Notes under the pieces: model-generated | What the model saw: only the letters and a program-made list of their open reading frames with translations | Databases searched by the model: none | What the model was told of the DNA's origin: nothing | Shown: one piece after another, positions 22,504-32,042 of the stretch | How the letters are laid out: the number at the start of each line of letters is the position of its first letter | How positions within the stretch are numbered: the first letter of the stretch is position 1 | Assembly: GCA_963804165.1 (NCBI GenBank) | Contig: CAWDPO010000046.1 | Span: 1-64,000, forward strand | Origin: an uncultured delta proteobacterium | Lineage (GTDB): Bacteria; Desulfobacterota; Binatia; UBA9968 | Length of the DNA stretch: 64,000 nucleotides | Direction: 5' to 3' | Translations under genes and position numbers: made by a program

Positions 22504-23031
22504 TCAACTTCCCTCTGCCAACAGCTGCTTGATCATCGATTCGGTTCTTTGGTAGGCGCCTTCGCCTATATGGCTATAGCGGATTATGCCGCTTCTATCG
22601 ATCAGGACAAGGGTCGGCCACGCCCGTACACCGTAACGCTTCCAGATATCAAAACCGTTGTCTTGCACCACGGGAAACTTAATCCTTAGTCTGACTGTTG
22701 CTTCCTTTACGCCTTTCAGCGTTCGTTCCCAGGGAAACTCAGGCGAGTGGACTCCGACAATCGTCAGTCCAACTTGCTCGTATTTGTCATGCCAACCCCG
22801 CAACTGCGGGATAACATTTCGGCAGTTGATTCAGCCGTAGGTCCAAAATTCCACCAACACGACCCGGCCTTTTAAGTCGGCGATGGTCAACGGTTTACTG
22901 TTGATCCAGTTTTCCGCCGCCACATCAGGCGCCGCTGTTCCAGACGTGATGGCCACACCAAACCCCGGCCAAAACATCCACGTGGCGACGGCTAACCCGA
23001 TTAGGAGCAAAGATATTATCGGCCGGAACAT
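22504..23031 (-). CDS. Exported DipZ/TlpA-like thioredoxin (redoxin), probable selenoprotein with UxxC active site (175 aa)
   Basis: ORFs 22831..23031 and 22504..22803 are in the same frame and joined by one TGA: VEFWTYG-TGA-INCRNVIPQLRGWHDKY..GVHSPEF..AWPT..HIGEG. The TGA sits at the first Cys of the family's CINC motif. Confidence 0.85.
22790..22824 (-). promoter_or_regulatory. Candidate bacterial SECIS hairpin downstream of the UGA
   Basis: Minus strand UGCCGA-aauguua-UCCCGC-AGUU-GCGGGG-UUGGCA. The apical loop contains GU and lies about 25 nt after the UGA. Confidence 0.6.
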
Positions 23032-23228
23032 ATTCTTGTCGCGCTCTTCGTCTTGGTGAAAAGATCAGCTAACCATTGATCTCCGCTGTTAGATGCCTGA
23101 CTGCTCGCCGGAGGTCAAAATCTCGATGCTAAGAACGCCAAGCGATGCGCGAAAGTTCCCGTGTCGAGGCGTGTAAGCTGAATAAATTAGAGGCGGGGGA
23201 GAGGGGAGTCTCCCCCAAGATTGGTGGA

Positions 23229-23441
23229 TTAGTGCAGCTGCCTGGAAGGGGACACGACTCTTTCAAAATCCTTTTCCAAATCGAATGGATGGGTGGATTT
23301 CTTGATAATTTCCACTAATGCGAGGCGCGCCAAATGGTACCCTTCCCGATCGTTGTCCGAGTATTCAAATGCAACCTCGCCGGCCGCTGCAATGAGTTCG
23401 CCCAAGGTGGCATCCAGCTTTCGGGCGTTGAGTTTTTCCAT
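23229..23441 (-). CDS. Small hypothetical protein (70 aa)
   Basis: RBS AAAGGAG upstream; amphipathic helical sequence TLGELIAAAGEVAFEYS..YHLARLALVEII; GC-rich hairpin at about 23195-23216 downstream. Confidence 0.65.
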   Translation of the reverse strand: MEKLNARKLDATLGELIAAAGEVAFEYSDNDREGYHLARLALVEIIKKSTHPFDLEKDFERVVSPSRQLH

Positions 23442-23559
23442 AGAGTTATTGACTCCTTTCGCATTATCGAGCGTTGTCGCTCAATCCTCCTGACTAATTA
23501 GACGTATAAGAGATCGAAACGATGTATCAATATCTTCATCTTCGGCGCAGCGACGAACT

Positions 23560-24321
23560 TTACTCTTCTGGCGGCAGGTCGGGAGCCTTCTCTTCAACCT
23601 TCTGAAATAGCGGCGCTTGTTTGGCGCGCTGGTATTCAGCGTCGTCGATATAGCCGACGCTGGCCAGTCGGCCGAGAATCCGATTTCTCCGGCTCAAGAT
23701 ATTTCGTTCCTTCGAGCTCCTCGGGCTGGGTAATAGCGCGGCGAGAGTCGCCGCTTCGAGAGGATCTAGCGTGGCGGCGGATTTGTCAAAATAGAAACGC
23801 GCCGCCGCCTCGGCTCCATAGACGTTTCGCCCCAGCTCGACGACGTTCAGATAAATCTCGAAGATTCGTTGCTTCGATAGCGCCCGCTCGAGCTGTCTGG
23901 CGATTACGATTTCTTTGATCTTACGCAACGGATTTTTCGACGGATTCAAGTAAAGATTTTTGGCGAGCTGCATGGTGATCGTGCTGCCGCCGCGGCTGAA
24001 GCTCAAGGTTTCCCAATCTTTTTTCAGAGCCGCTTTGAGCTCATCGACGTCGACACCTTTGTGGCTGAAGAAACCCGCGTCTTCGTTGATCAAGACCGCC
24101 TTTTTCAGATTCTCCGAGATCGCGCCGTAGGGCACCCAGATTTGCTGGCGCGGCGCGCGGATGCCTTTGTTTCGATATTCTTCGTCGCGAAGTTCCATCA
24201 GCGTCGTAGCTTTTGGGTTTCTTTGCTTCAGCACCGATACGGTGGGAAGCGTGTAGTAAAAATAAAAGCAGACGCCGACGATTGCGCTAACCAGCAGGCT
24301 GCTAAGCAGAACGCGTTTCAT
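23560..24321 (-). CDS. mtgA: Monofunctional peptidoglycan transglycosylase
   Basis: N-terminal TM; EDAGFFSHKGVD; GGSTITMQLAKNLYL; RKIKE; KQRIFEIYLN. Confidence 0.93.
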   Translation of the reverse strand: MKRVLLSSLLVSAIVGVCFYFYYTLPTVSVLKQRNPKATTLMELRDEEYRNKGIRAPRQQIWVPYGAISENLKKAVLINEDAGFFSHKGVDVDELKAALKKDWETLSFSRGGSTITMQLAKNLYLNPSKNPLRKIKEIVIARQLERALSKQRIFEIYLNVVELGRNVYGAEAAARFYFDKSAATLDPLEAATLAALLPSPRSSKERNILSRRNRILGRLASVGYIDDAEYQRAKQAPLFQKVEEKAPDLPPEE

Positions 24322-25360
24322 GTGCGGCGAGAACGGCCAGAGCTTTTTTGGTCATCGACGAAACCGGATAATACTCCACTCTATGCCGCGGAGCCCAGCG
24401 CCAGCGCGATCCCGGCGCAGCAATTGTCGCGGTGCAATCGAAAAGATAGATCGGCGCGCGAATGCGTCGATACGTGATGCTGTGGCGAATCTCGCCGATC
24501 CGTCGCGGCTTGGCGAATTTGACGGACAGATCGCGCAACTGGTGGCGCAGCGCACTTGCCGCGCTGTCTCGTCGCGTCGTCTCAACACCGGGCAGCTCCC
24601 AGAGTCGCGCTAACAGCGCAGCGGCGGCACGCCGGCGCAAAAGGATCTTGCCGCCGTAGCGCACGATCGCCAACGGCCAGGTGACTTCGGTGATATGTTT
24701 CGCGCGGACGCGGCCCAAGTGATGGGTCAGTTGACCACCCGAGCGAGACAAACATTCACTTTCGAGCGGGCAGGCGGCGCAATTCGGCGTTCGCGGCGCG
24801 CAGACCGTGGCGCCCAGTTCCATGAGAGCCTGATTGAACTCCCGCGGTTGCGTCCGATGAACGAGTTCGATCGCGACGGCGCGGAGCGCCGGTTCATCGG
24901 CGATCGTGTAGAGCCGACTGAGTACCCGCCGAACGTTGCCATCGATGGCGGGATAGTTTTTGCCGAACGCGATACTGAGGATCGCGCCGGCGGTGTAATC
25001 GCCGATACCCGCCAAGGCCCGCAGCTGAGAATATTCTCTCGGCAGTTTGCCGCCGTGGTCGCGCACGACTTGGCGTGCCGCGGTTCTTAGGTTCTCGGCG
25101 CGCCGGTAGTAACCGAGGCCCGACCAATGGCGCAATACACGCTCCATCGGGGCTTTCGCCAAAACGTCGACGGTTGGAAAAGCATGTAAGAATCGCTCGT
25201 AGTACGGCAGCACGGTTTTTACTTGCGTCTGCTGCAGCATGGTTTCCGCGACCCAAATGGCGTAGGGATCGCGCGTGCGCCGCCACGGCAGATCGCGTTT
25301 ATTCTTTTTATACCAGCCCAGAAGTTTGCGGCGGATGACGGGAAAATTTTTCGCGGACAT
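24302..25360 (-). CDS. mutY: A/G-specific adenine glycosylase
   Basis: RDLPWR..DPYAIWVAETMLQQTQV; WSGLGYYRRA; GIGDYTAGAI; DGNVRRV; CAPRTPNCAACPLESEC [4Fe-4S] motif. Confidence 0.96.
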   Translation of the reverse strand: MSAKNFPVIRRKLLGWYKKNKRDLPWRRTRDPYAIWVAETMLQQTQVKTVLPYYERFLHAFPTVDVLAKAPMERVLRHWSGLGYYRRAENLRTAARQVVRDHGGKLPREYSQLRALAGIGDYTAGAILSIAFGKNYPAIDGNVRRVLSRLYTIADEPALRAVAIELVHRTQPREFNQALMELGATVCAPRTPNCAACPLESECLSRSGGQLTHHLGRVRAKHITEVTWPLAIVRYGGKILLRRRAAAALLARLWELPGVETTRRDSAASALRHQLRDLSVKFAKPRRIGEIRHSITYRRIRAPIYLFDCTATIAAPGSRWRWAPRHRVEYYPVSSMTKKALAVLAAHETRSA

Positions 25361-25435
25361 CAATGCAGTTCGGCGGCTTTTCGGTTATAAGGCAATCTAG
25401 TCGAAAACTGTGCTGAAGGAAACCAGTTACGCACC

Positions 25436-26302
25436 GTGCTGCCGATTCTCTTCGGAATTCTAACTTCGCTTTGCTTCGCCATTGCCAGTCTGTTGGCGCA
25501 GCGCGGCTACTTCGTCGCGCCGGCGCCGTGGGGCGCTTGGATCACCATCGGCATGAACACCGTCTTCCTATTCGCGGCCCATTTCATCTTGCACTCCGAT
25601 ACCCGCTGGTTTGTCGCCGATAATCTCATCTTTGTCGCGGTCGGCCTCTTCGTGCCCGGCGTGACGCGGGTCTTAAGCTTCCGCGGTATCCGCACGTTGG
25701 GCAGCTCGGTCACGTCGACGATCGTCAATACCACGCCGATGTTTTCGACGGTGCTGGCGATCCTCATCCTCAGCGAACGGCCGGCCCCTCTGGTTTTGCT
25801 CGGCGTGGTCCTTACGGTCGGCGGCTTAATCACGGTGTCCCGGGGCGGCGAGGACACTTCGTACAACAAAATCGAGTTGGTCTATCCGTTCCTCTGCGCG
25901 CTGTTATTCTCGATGAAAGACATCGCTGTGCGTTGGGGCTTGGGTGGCGGCGGAGGTCAGCCGATTCTTGCCGCGGCGATCGCGGCGCTGACGTCGACCG
26001 TCGAAATTTATTTCATCACGCGTTTCATCCACCGAGAGAAGTTTGTTTTGCCGGAGGCGCGAGTCGCCGCCTGGTTTGTGGGGTCGGGGATCTTTACCGG
26101 GGGAGCATTTTTGTTTATGTACCTTGCCTACAGTTTGGAACGGGTTTCCATCATTGCGCCGCTGGTGAACAGCTACACGGTTTTTGTCTCGATGTTGACG
26201 CCGTTCATGGCACGTCACATCGAAAGCATCACGTTGCGCAAGCTTGCCGGCGCCGCGCTGGTGGTTGCCGGCATCTTCGCGGTATCGCTGGGCAAAGATT
26301 GA
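25436..26302 (+). CDS. DMT/EamA family transporter
   Basis: 288 aa, two EamA-like halves, about 10 TM segments. Confidence 0.88.
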   Translation: MLPILFGILTSLCFAIASLLAQRGYFVAPAPWGAWITIGMNTVFLFAAHFILHSDTRWFVADNLIFVAVGLFVPGVTRVLSFRGIRTLGSSVTSTIVNTTPMFSTVLAILILSERPAPLVLLGVVLTVGGLITVSRGGEDTSYNKIELVYPFLCALLFSMKDIAVRWGLGGGGGQPILAAAIAALTSTVEIYFITRFIHREKFVLPEARVAAWFVGSGIFTGGAFLFMYLAYSLERVSIIAPLVNSYTVFVSMLTPFMARHIESITLRKLAGAALVVAGIFAVSLGKD

Positions 26303-26397
26303 TACGAGCTCGGTTTATTGGCTACGAAGGGTCATGAGGCGGCGGAACTGAACCCAATCGGAGTATCTCGCGCAAAGACGCAAAGGGATAAACAAGT

Positions 26398-26548
26398 AAA
26401 TTCGAAGCACGAAATCCGAAGCTCGAAACAATATCAAATGACAAAACGATCCAATGTTCCAATCAAACTCGATTCGGACTTGAGTTTTGGATTTTCATAT
26501 TTCGGATTTTGTCATTGTTTCGGATTTCGATATTCGAACTTCGAATTT
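26398..26548. repeat. Long imperfect inverted repeat with 7-nt periodicity between convergent genes
   Basis: aaattcgaagcacgaaatccgaagctcgaaacaat..atgacaaa vs tttgtcattgtttcggatttcgatattcgaacttcgaattt. Confidence 0.75.
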
Positions 26549-26681
26549 TGGCAACAGGCTTGGGGCGCCGCCCTGTTTTGGGACTAACTGACAATAAATT
26601 GCGCAAGCCGCGAAAACTTTGACGGATAGTAATACGAAGGGACACGAAGGTTTTCGGAAAATACCCTTCTCGGGGCGGCGG

Positions 26682-27158
26682 CTAAGTACCGCCGTCGATC
26701 TGCTGGGCCAGATAGTTCTGGTAGCCGACTTCATCGATCTGGTGCAGTTGCGTTTCGATCCAGTCGACGTGTTTTTCTTCCTCGACGAGAATATGCTCGA
26801 GAAGCTCGCGGGAGGCATCATCGGAAAATTCAAGGCAGGTTTTGATCCCTGGATGAAGCACCGTCAAGGCGGCGGTCTCGAGGCCGAGATCATTTTCCAA
26901 CTGTTCTCTGACGCCCGCGCCGACCGAGATCTTGTCGTAGGCGGTGATATTCGGCGTGCCCTCGAGGAACAAAATGCGTTCGATAATTTTGTCGGCGTGT
27001 TTCATTTCGCCGATGGACTCGTCCCATAGAGCTTTTTTGAGCTTGCCGTAGCCCCAGTTCTCGCACATCTTGGCGTGGATGAAGTACTGATTGATTCCAG
27101 TAAGCTCTTTGCGCAGAACCTGATTGAGTACGCCGATGACTTGTTCGTTGCCCTTCAT
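26682..27158 (-). CDS. bfr: Bacterioferritin
   Basis: MKGNEQVI..ELTGINQYFIHAKM..NWG; ESIGEMKHADKIIERILFLEG; EEEKHVDWIETQL. Confidence 0.97.
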   Translation of the reverse strand: MKGNEQVIGVLNQVLRKELTGINQYFIHAKMCENWGYGKLKKALWDESIGEMKHADKIIERILFLEGTPNITAYDKISVGAGVREQLENDLGLETAALTVLHPGIKTCLEFSDDASRELLEHILVEEEKHVDWIETQLHQIDEVGYQNYLAQQIDGGT

Positions 27159-27216
27159 CACGTGACCCCTTTCGCTACTGAGACGTTAATGAACCTCGAG
27201 TAAAAAATAGCAAATT

Positions 27217-27618
27217 TCAGCGCCCCGCTCCACCTACGGTCACGGTCAATAGGGTTTCATTGTTTTGTTTACCGACGGCCACGAGCATCGTCTTGCCGTC
27301 CTTGCTGTACGCCGCCATGGCGCCGCCGCTGCGCATGCTCACATTCGGTTGCCAGCCCCGCGCGGGCATTTCCTTCTTGTAGAACTCGATGATTTGATCG
27401 CTCTCCATGTTGCCGTGAAACGACGCCTGACCGGCGCCGAATCCCAGAAAGTTCATCTCGACAGGCTTGTCCGAGCCTTTGGTCATGGCCTTAGGGACGG
27501 GAATGGAAACTCCGGCAATCGTCTCATCATAGGAGCCGCCGCAGCCGACTGCCCACAGAGCGAGAAATATCCCGCCGGCGATGCCGCGTAAAACCGCGAA
27601 ACCTGCCTGTTCTCGCAT
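27217..27618 (-). CDS. Hypothetical lipoprotein
   Basis: RBS AGGAGG; lipobox AVGC; IIEFYKKEMPARGW. Confidence 0.7.
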   Translation of the reverse strand: MREQAGFAVLRGIAGGIFLALWAVGCGGSYDETIAGVSIPVPKAMTKGSDKPVEMNFLGFGAGQASFHGNMESDQIIEFYKKEMPARGWQPNVSMRSGGAMAAYSKDGKTMLVAVGKQNNETLLTVTVGGAGR

Positions 27619-27690
27619 GGGTCCTCCTGAATTGAAATTCCTAATAGCACTTCCGTGGCGAGATTCGTAGGAAGATCGAAGGTGCCGCTG

Positions 27691-28866
27691 CTAAGAGCTC
27701 GATTCCGGCGGAATCGGCAGACCGAGAAAATACCAAACAACCAGGAGCGCGACACCGACGAATTCCGGCATCGAAGGAGAGATGTGTATTAACGCGCCGC
27801 CGAGCATGCCGCCGAGAGACGAGCCGATGAAGCCAAAAAAATTATATATTCCGCTCGCTGTTCCACGGCCGGCGGTCGGGATTCTTTGGCTCAGGAACGC
27901 GGAGAGTATCGGTTGATAGAGACTGTAGCCGAAGAAAAATGCGCTGCCGCTAATATACAGGAAAAGGTCGTATTGGGCGCCGACGAGATAGATGGCATAT
28001 CCTACGGTGGCCGTAAGCCAGCCGATCAGGATTGGCACGCGGAAGCGGCCCTGCTTCTCGGCGCGCCGCATGTACGGAAATACCAGGAGTACGCTCGGCA
28101 GGAATATGATCGAATACACTTTCCACAGCTGCGCTTTTTCGACGCCGATTGCGGTCCAGCTCAACGGGTACGTGAAAAAAAACAGATTCAGCGCAAACGA
28201 AAGCATGAAAGCCGCGATATAAATCGGCCTGAGATCGATATGTGTCAAAATCGGTCTAAACGCCATCGGCGGCGCGGCGTCACGCCCGCGAAGCTGCGAC
28301 GGAAATGACGTGGCGGCAAGAATCATGGAAAGCACGGCGAGGCCGGCGAGCACATAGAATAGTCCGTCTAGGCCGATCTGCGCGGCTAAAAACGGCCCGG
28401 CGAGAAGCCCGATCATGAATGAGGTGCCGATGGCGATACCCGTGATCGTGTACGCCTGGGTGCGGACGCTGGGCCGAGTCAGATCGGCCAGCGCCGCGAA
28501 GGCGACCGAGCCGACCGCACCGGTGCCTTGTAATGCGCGCGCCAGGATCAAGCCGTGAATGTCCGTGGCCCAGGCGCAGCCGATGCTGCCGATGGTGAAT
28601 AGCGCGAGCCCGAAAAGCAGCACCGGTTTGCGTCCCCACCGGTCGCTCGCCCATCCCAGAGGGATTTGAAAGATGCATTGCGTCAAGGCGTAGATGCCGA
28701 AGGCTACGCCGGCGAGAGCTGCCGACGCTCCGGGATAATGCACCGCATAGGCGCTGAAAATCGGCAGCATGAGGAAGATGCCCAAAAGCCGCAAGGCGGA
28801 AATCAAGCTCACGACGATAACAGGCCCGATTTCTTCTCGAGCAAAAGAGTGATGACTTTCAGCCAA
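27691..28866 (-). CDS. MFS transporter (YajR-like)
   Basis: LRLLGIFLMLPIFS; GIYALTQCIFQIPLGWASDRWGRKP; RALQGTGAV. Confidence 0.9.
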   Translation of the reverse strand: MAESHHSFAREEIGPVIVVSLISALRLLGIFLMLPIFSAYAVHYPGASAALAGVAFGIYALTQCIFQIPLGWASDRWGRKPVLLFGLALFTIGSIGCAWATDIHGLILARALQGTGAVGSVAFAALADLTRPSVRTQAYTITGIAIGTSFMIGLLAGPFLAAQIGLDGLFYVLAGLAVLSMILAATSFPSQLRGRDAAPPMAFRPILTHIDLRPIYIAAFMLSFALNLFFFTYPLSWTAIGVEKAQLWKVYSIIFLPSVLLVFPYMRRAEKQGRFRVPILIGWLTATVGYAIYLVGAQYDLFLYISGSAFFFGYSLYQPILSAFLSQRIPTAGRGTASGIYNFFGFIGSSLGGMLGGALIHISPSMPEFVGVALLVVWYFLGLPIPPESSS

Positions 28867-28993
28867 GGTGAGGTGTCTGCTCCGTCGCCGGTAAATTGGA
28901 TCGCATCAATGTACACCGTTTCAGAGAAATAAAAAGAGGCGGAACGACCCGCGTTACTCAGATGGTGCTCGCGGTGGCTTCACGCGCGACGGC

Positions 28994-29890
28994 TCATGAC
29001 CGCGGTGGAGTTATCGCTGCCGCTGCTGGGTTTGCTGCAGCTGGAGGCGAAGGAAACTCGATGCCGGCCGACTGCAAGGCGTACTTCAACCGGCGGCGAA
29101 ACTCGCGGCCGACGCGATGTTGTTGTGCCGGCTGGGTCTTGAACCGGGCCTTCATCGTCACCGTGGCGTCGGTGAAATTTTCCACGCCGAATACTTCGAT
29201 GGGTTCAAGTATCAAGCGGCCGAATTCCGGTTCCGCCTGCATCTCCTTGCCGATTCGCCGCATGATATCGACGACTCGGTCGGTGTCGACTTTGAAGGGA
29301 AGCGTGACGTCGATCACATAGGCGGACCAATCCAAGGTCGCGTTGGCCAGCGTGTTGATCGTGCCGTTGGGAAAGACGTACACCACGCCGGCTTGATCGC
29401 GCAGTACGACGGTGCGAAAGGTGACGGCTTCCACAACGCCGCCCGTGCCGTTGATGATGGCCACGTCGCCGACGCGGATCTGATTTTCCAGTATGAGAAA
29501 AAAACCGCTCACCAAATCGCGCACTAAGTGTTGCGCGCCAAAACCAACGGCCAGGCCGACGACGCCCGCGCCCGCCAGGATCGGACCGATGTTGACGCCG
29601 ATTTGGCTGAGGCTCGTGAGAGCGACGACGAACCACAACAGGCCGCAGGTGATGGTCCAAAGCACGCCCGCTAGAGTCTTGATACGTTTGGCCGCCGCAT
29701 CGGCAGTTGATTCGGTCTTTTCCGTGGCGCGGATCAGCCATATTTCGAGGCGGTTGAAGGCCGCGCGCAGCAATTTCATGACGGCGTAAGCGACGGCAAC
29801 GATCAGCGCAATCCTGATCAGCCCCTGCGCGGCGTTGACTCCGATAACCAAGAGTCGAGCGACGAATAACTCCCAAGCGTGAACGGACAT
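28994..29890 (-). CDS. Small-conductance mechanosensitive channel (MscS/YbiO-like)
   Basis: GPILAGAGVVGLAVGFGAQHLVRDLVSGFFLILENQIRVGD; GVVEAVTFRT; FPNG. RBS GAGGAGG. Confidence 0.92.
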   Translation of the reverse strand: MSVHAWELFVARLLVIGVNAAQGLIRIALIVAVAYAVMKLLRAAFNRLEIWLIRATEKTESTADAAAKRIKTLAGVLWTITCGLLWFVVALTSLSQIGVNIGPILAGAGVVGLAVGFGAQHLVRDLVSGFFLILENQIRVGDVAIINGTGGVVEAVTFRTVVLRDQAGVVYVFPNGTINTLANATLDWSAYVIDVTLPFKVDTDRVVDIMRRIGKEMQAEPEFGRLILEPIEVFGVENFTDATVTMKARFKTQPAQQHRVGREFRRRLKYALQSAGIEFPSPPAAANPAAAAITPPRS

Positions 29891-30051
29891 GACGGCTACC
29901 TCCTCGGCGTTGGTCTCTTGTTCGTTTGTGGCAAAAAAGCCGCGAAGATGCCAGCCGATCAAAAGAATCCTGCGCGTTGGGTCGCGAAGATTTTATTGAC
30001 ATGGCACGAGACTACGATAGATTGCCGCCATTCGCAGCCCTGGGAGGTTCT

Positions 30052-31059
30052 ATGCGCAGGCATATCGCAGTCGCCGCTTGGCTGATTCTAATGTTCGGTT
30101 CGCAGCTCGACGACGCGCGAGCAGGCTCGGCGCCGGACAAAATCAAGTTTCCTTACTCGCCCATCTCGTGGAACAGTTTGCCCTGGTGGATGGCCAAGGA
30201 CGCCGGGCATTTCGAAAGGAACGGTCTCGAAGTGGACCTGTTCTACGAAGGCGCGTCTTCCGTGATCGTTCAGTCCATGCTCGCGGGCGAAGCGAATTTC
30301 GCGGGGCTGGCGGGTCCCGCGGTGGTGAGCAACGTTATCAACGGCGGTGACGTAATTCAGATCGCGGCGGTGGTCAAGACTTTTACGGTTCCGATGTTTT
30401 CGGCGCCGTCCATCAAAGAGGTGGCACAACTGAAAGGGCAAAAAGTCGCTGTCAGCCGTTTCGGCTCGATCTCGCATATCGCCGCGCTGAATATATTTCA
30501 AAAGGCCGGCGTCGCCGGCGCGACGATCTTGCAGTCCGGCGGCACGCCGGAATCGGCGGCGATGCTGATGTCCGGGGCGGTCGCCGCCGCCATGGTGCCG
30601 CCGCCGCAGAGTCTGATGCTCAAAGAGAAAGGGTTCAATGAGCTGGTCGGGGTGAAGCAATTCCGCGAATGGAATATCCCGGTGGTCGAAAACGGCGTGG
30701 CCGCGCGGCGCGGTTTCGTCGAAAAAAATCCGAGCATCGCCAAGCGCTTTATTCGCGCCGCGTTCGAAGGGATACGAACGATCTACGACAACAAAGAATT
30801 AGCCATGAAAACCCTGGCGAAGTACACCAAAGTAAACGACGAAAAAATCCTGGAAGAAAGCTATCGATTTTCCGTCGACGCGCTGAGCAAAGAAGGGTTT
30901 ATGCCGCCGGAAGCGTTTACCGCTCTGGTCGAGCAACTCGTGAGTCAGAAATCGATCGACGAAGCGGCGAGCAAGAAGCTACCGGTGACGGCGTACTTCG
31001 ATAATCGTTATGTCAACGAATTGGAGAAAGAAGGGTTCTTCAAAAAGTTGTGGCCATGA
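30052..31059 (+). CDS. ABC-type solute-binding protein (NMT1/THI5/SsuA-like)
   Basis: Signal peptide; LPWWMAKDAGHFERNGLEV; LKGQKVAVSRFGS; DNRYVNELEKEGF. Confidence 0.88.
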   Translation: MRRHIAVAAWLILMFGSQLDDARAGSAPDKIKFPYSPISWNSLPWWMAKDAGHFERNGLEVDLFYEGASSVIVQSMLAGEANFAGLAGPAVVSNVINGGDVIQIAAVVKTFTVPMFSAPSIKEVAQLKGQKVAVSRFGSISHIAALNIFQKAGVAGATILQSGGTPESAAMLMSGAVAAAMVPPPQSLMLKEKGFNELVGVKQFREWNIPVVENGVAARRGFVEKNPSIAKRFIRAAFEGIRTIYDNKELAMKTLAKYTKVNDEKILEESYRFSVDALSKEGFMPPEAFTALVEQLVSQKSIDEAASKKLPVTAYFDNRYVNELEKEGFFKKLWP

Positions 31060-31069
31060 ATGGCCCTCT

Positions 31070-31873
31070 CTAGTTTTGCGTCTCGGCTTTCGAGTTGTGA
31101 ATTTGCGCGCGCACGTGTTGCAGTCTCGGGTCGTCGGCGATCAGCCGCGAGAAATTCGTCTGAATCAGCGATTCTATTCCTTCAGGTGACGACTGCCGCA
31201 AGCGGACTAGCGCTTCGACGACATCTTTGATCGCCGTCGGCATTCCGACCGCATCATTTTTCTTCAACCATCTCAGTGCGCCGGGATTATCCGTCTCCGT
31301 TAGTAACAAGTGGTCGGGAATGGCTTTGGCGATTTCCTTGATGTAATCGGAATAAAGCACTTCCACGCCGATCGTGAAGTAGCAGCCATAGTCGATCATT
31401 GCGCGCAGGACGTCCATGGGGCCGGAGTACCAATGGATGATCGCGCGGCGAACGTCGTACTTTTTCAGCAGATCGAGAATCTCTTTCTCGCCGGCTTTGG
31501 TGTGCAGGTTGACGAATTTTTTCTGTTCCGCGGCGGCTACGATGAAGTATTCGAGGACCTTTCGTTGCGCTGGATAAGTTGAAGTCTCTTTGACCCAGTG
31601 AAAGTCGAGGCCGATCTCGCCGATGGCGGCGCTTGACTCGATGTGGGGACCGATTTCCTGCAGCCGATCAGCGTATTCGGCGGCGCGACGGGGATGAACT
31701 CCAAAAGTCGGCAGAACGAGATTGGAGCGCTTGGCGATCTCTCGAAGCTCCAGGTACGACGGCACGTCCATCGCGGTGGCGACGGTGAGAATCTGTTCCC
31801 TCTCGATTTGTTCGAGCGCACGGTCGAGCAAATCGCCGTATTTGTCCAGGTGGACGTGAGCGTCGATGAGCAT
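31070..31873 (-). CDS. tatD: TatD family hydrolase
   Basis: MLIDAHVHL; GVHP; AIGEIGLDF; NLHT; IIHWYSG; LLTETDNP. Confidence 0.92.
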   Translation of the reverse strand: MLIDAHVHLDKYGDLLDRALEQIEREQILTVATAMDVPSYLELREIAKRSNLVLPTFGVHPRRAAEYADRLQEIGPHIESSAAIGEIGLDFHWVKETSTYPAQRKVLEYFIVAAAEQKKFVNLHTKAGEKEILDLLKKYDVRRAIIHWYSGPMDVLRAMIDYGCYFTIGVEVLYSDYIKEIAKAIPDHLLLTETDNPGALRWLKKNDAVGMPTAIKDVVEALVRLRQSSPEGIESLIQTNFSRLIADDPRLQHVRAQIHNSKAETQN

Positions 31874-32042
31874 CGGTGATTCCTTTCATTTTCTTTCGAG
31901 TGGGAGCAGCACAATCCTAATGTCATGTCCCAGAAGTTCGCTATATAATTTCCGCGTTATTCCGTCCGAAAATCTCCCCTTCCCCTCTTTGCCAAAGAGG
32001 GGTGAGAATCCCACGGAGTAAATTCCCCCTTTGAAAAAGGGG

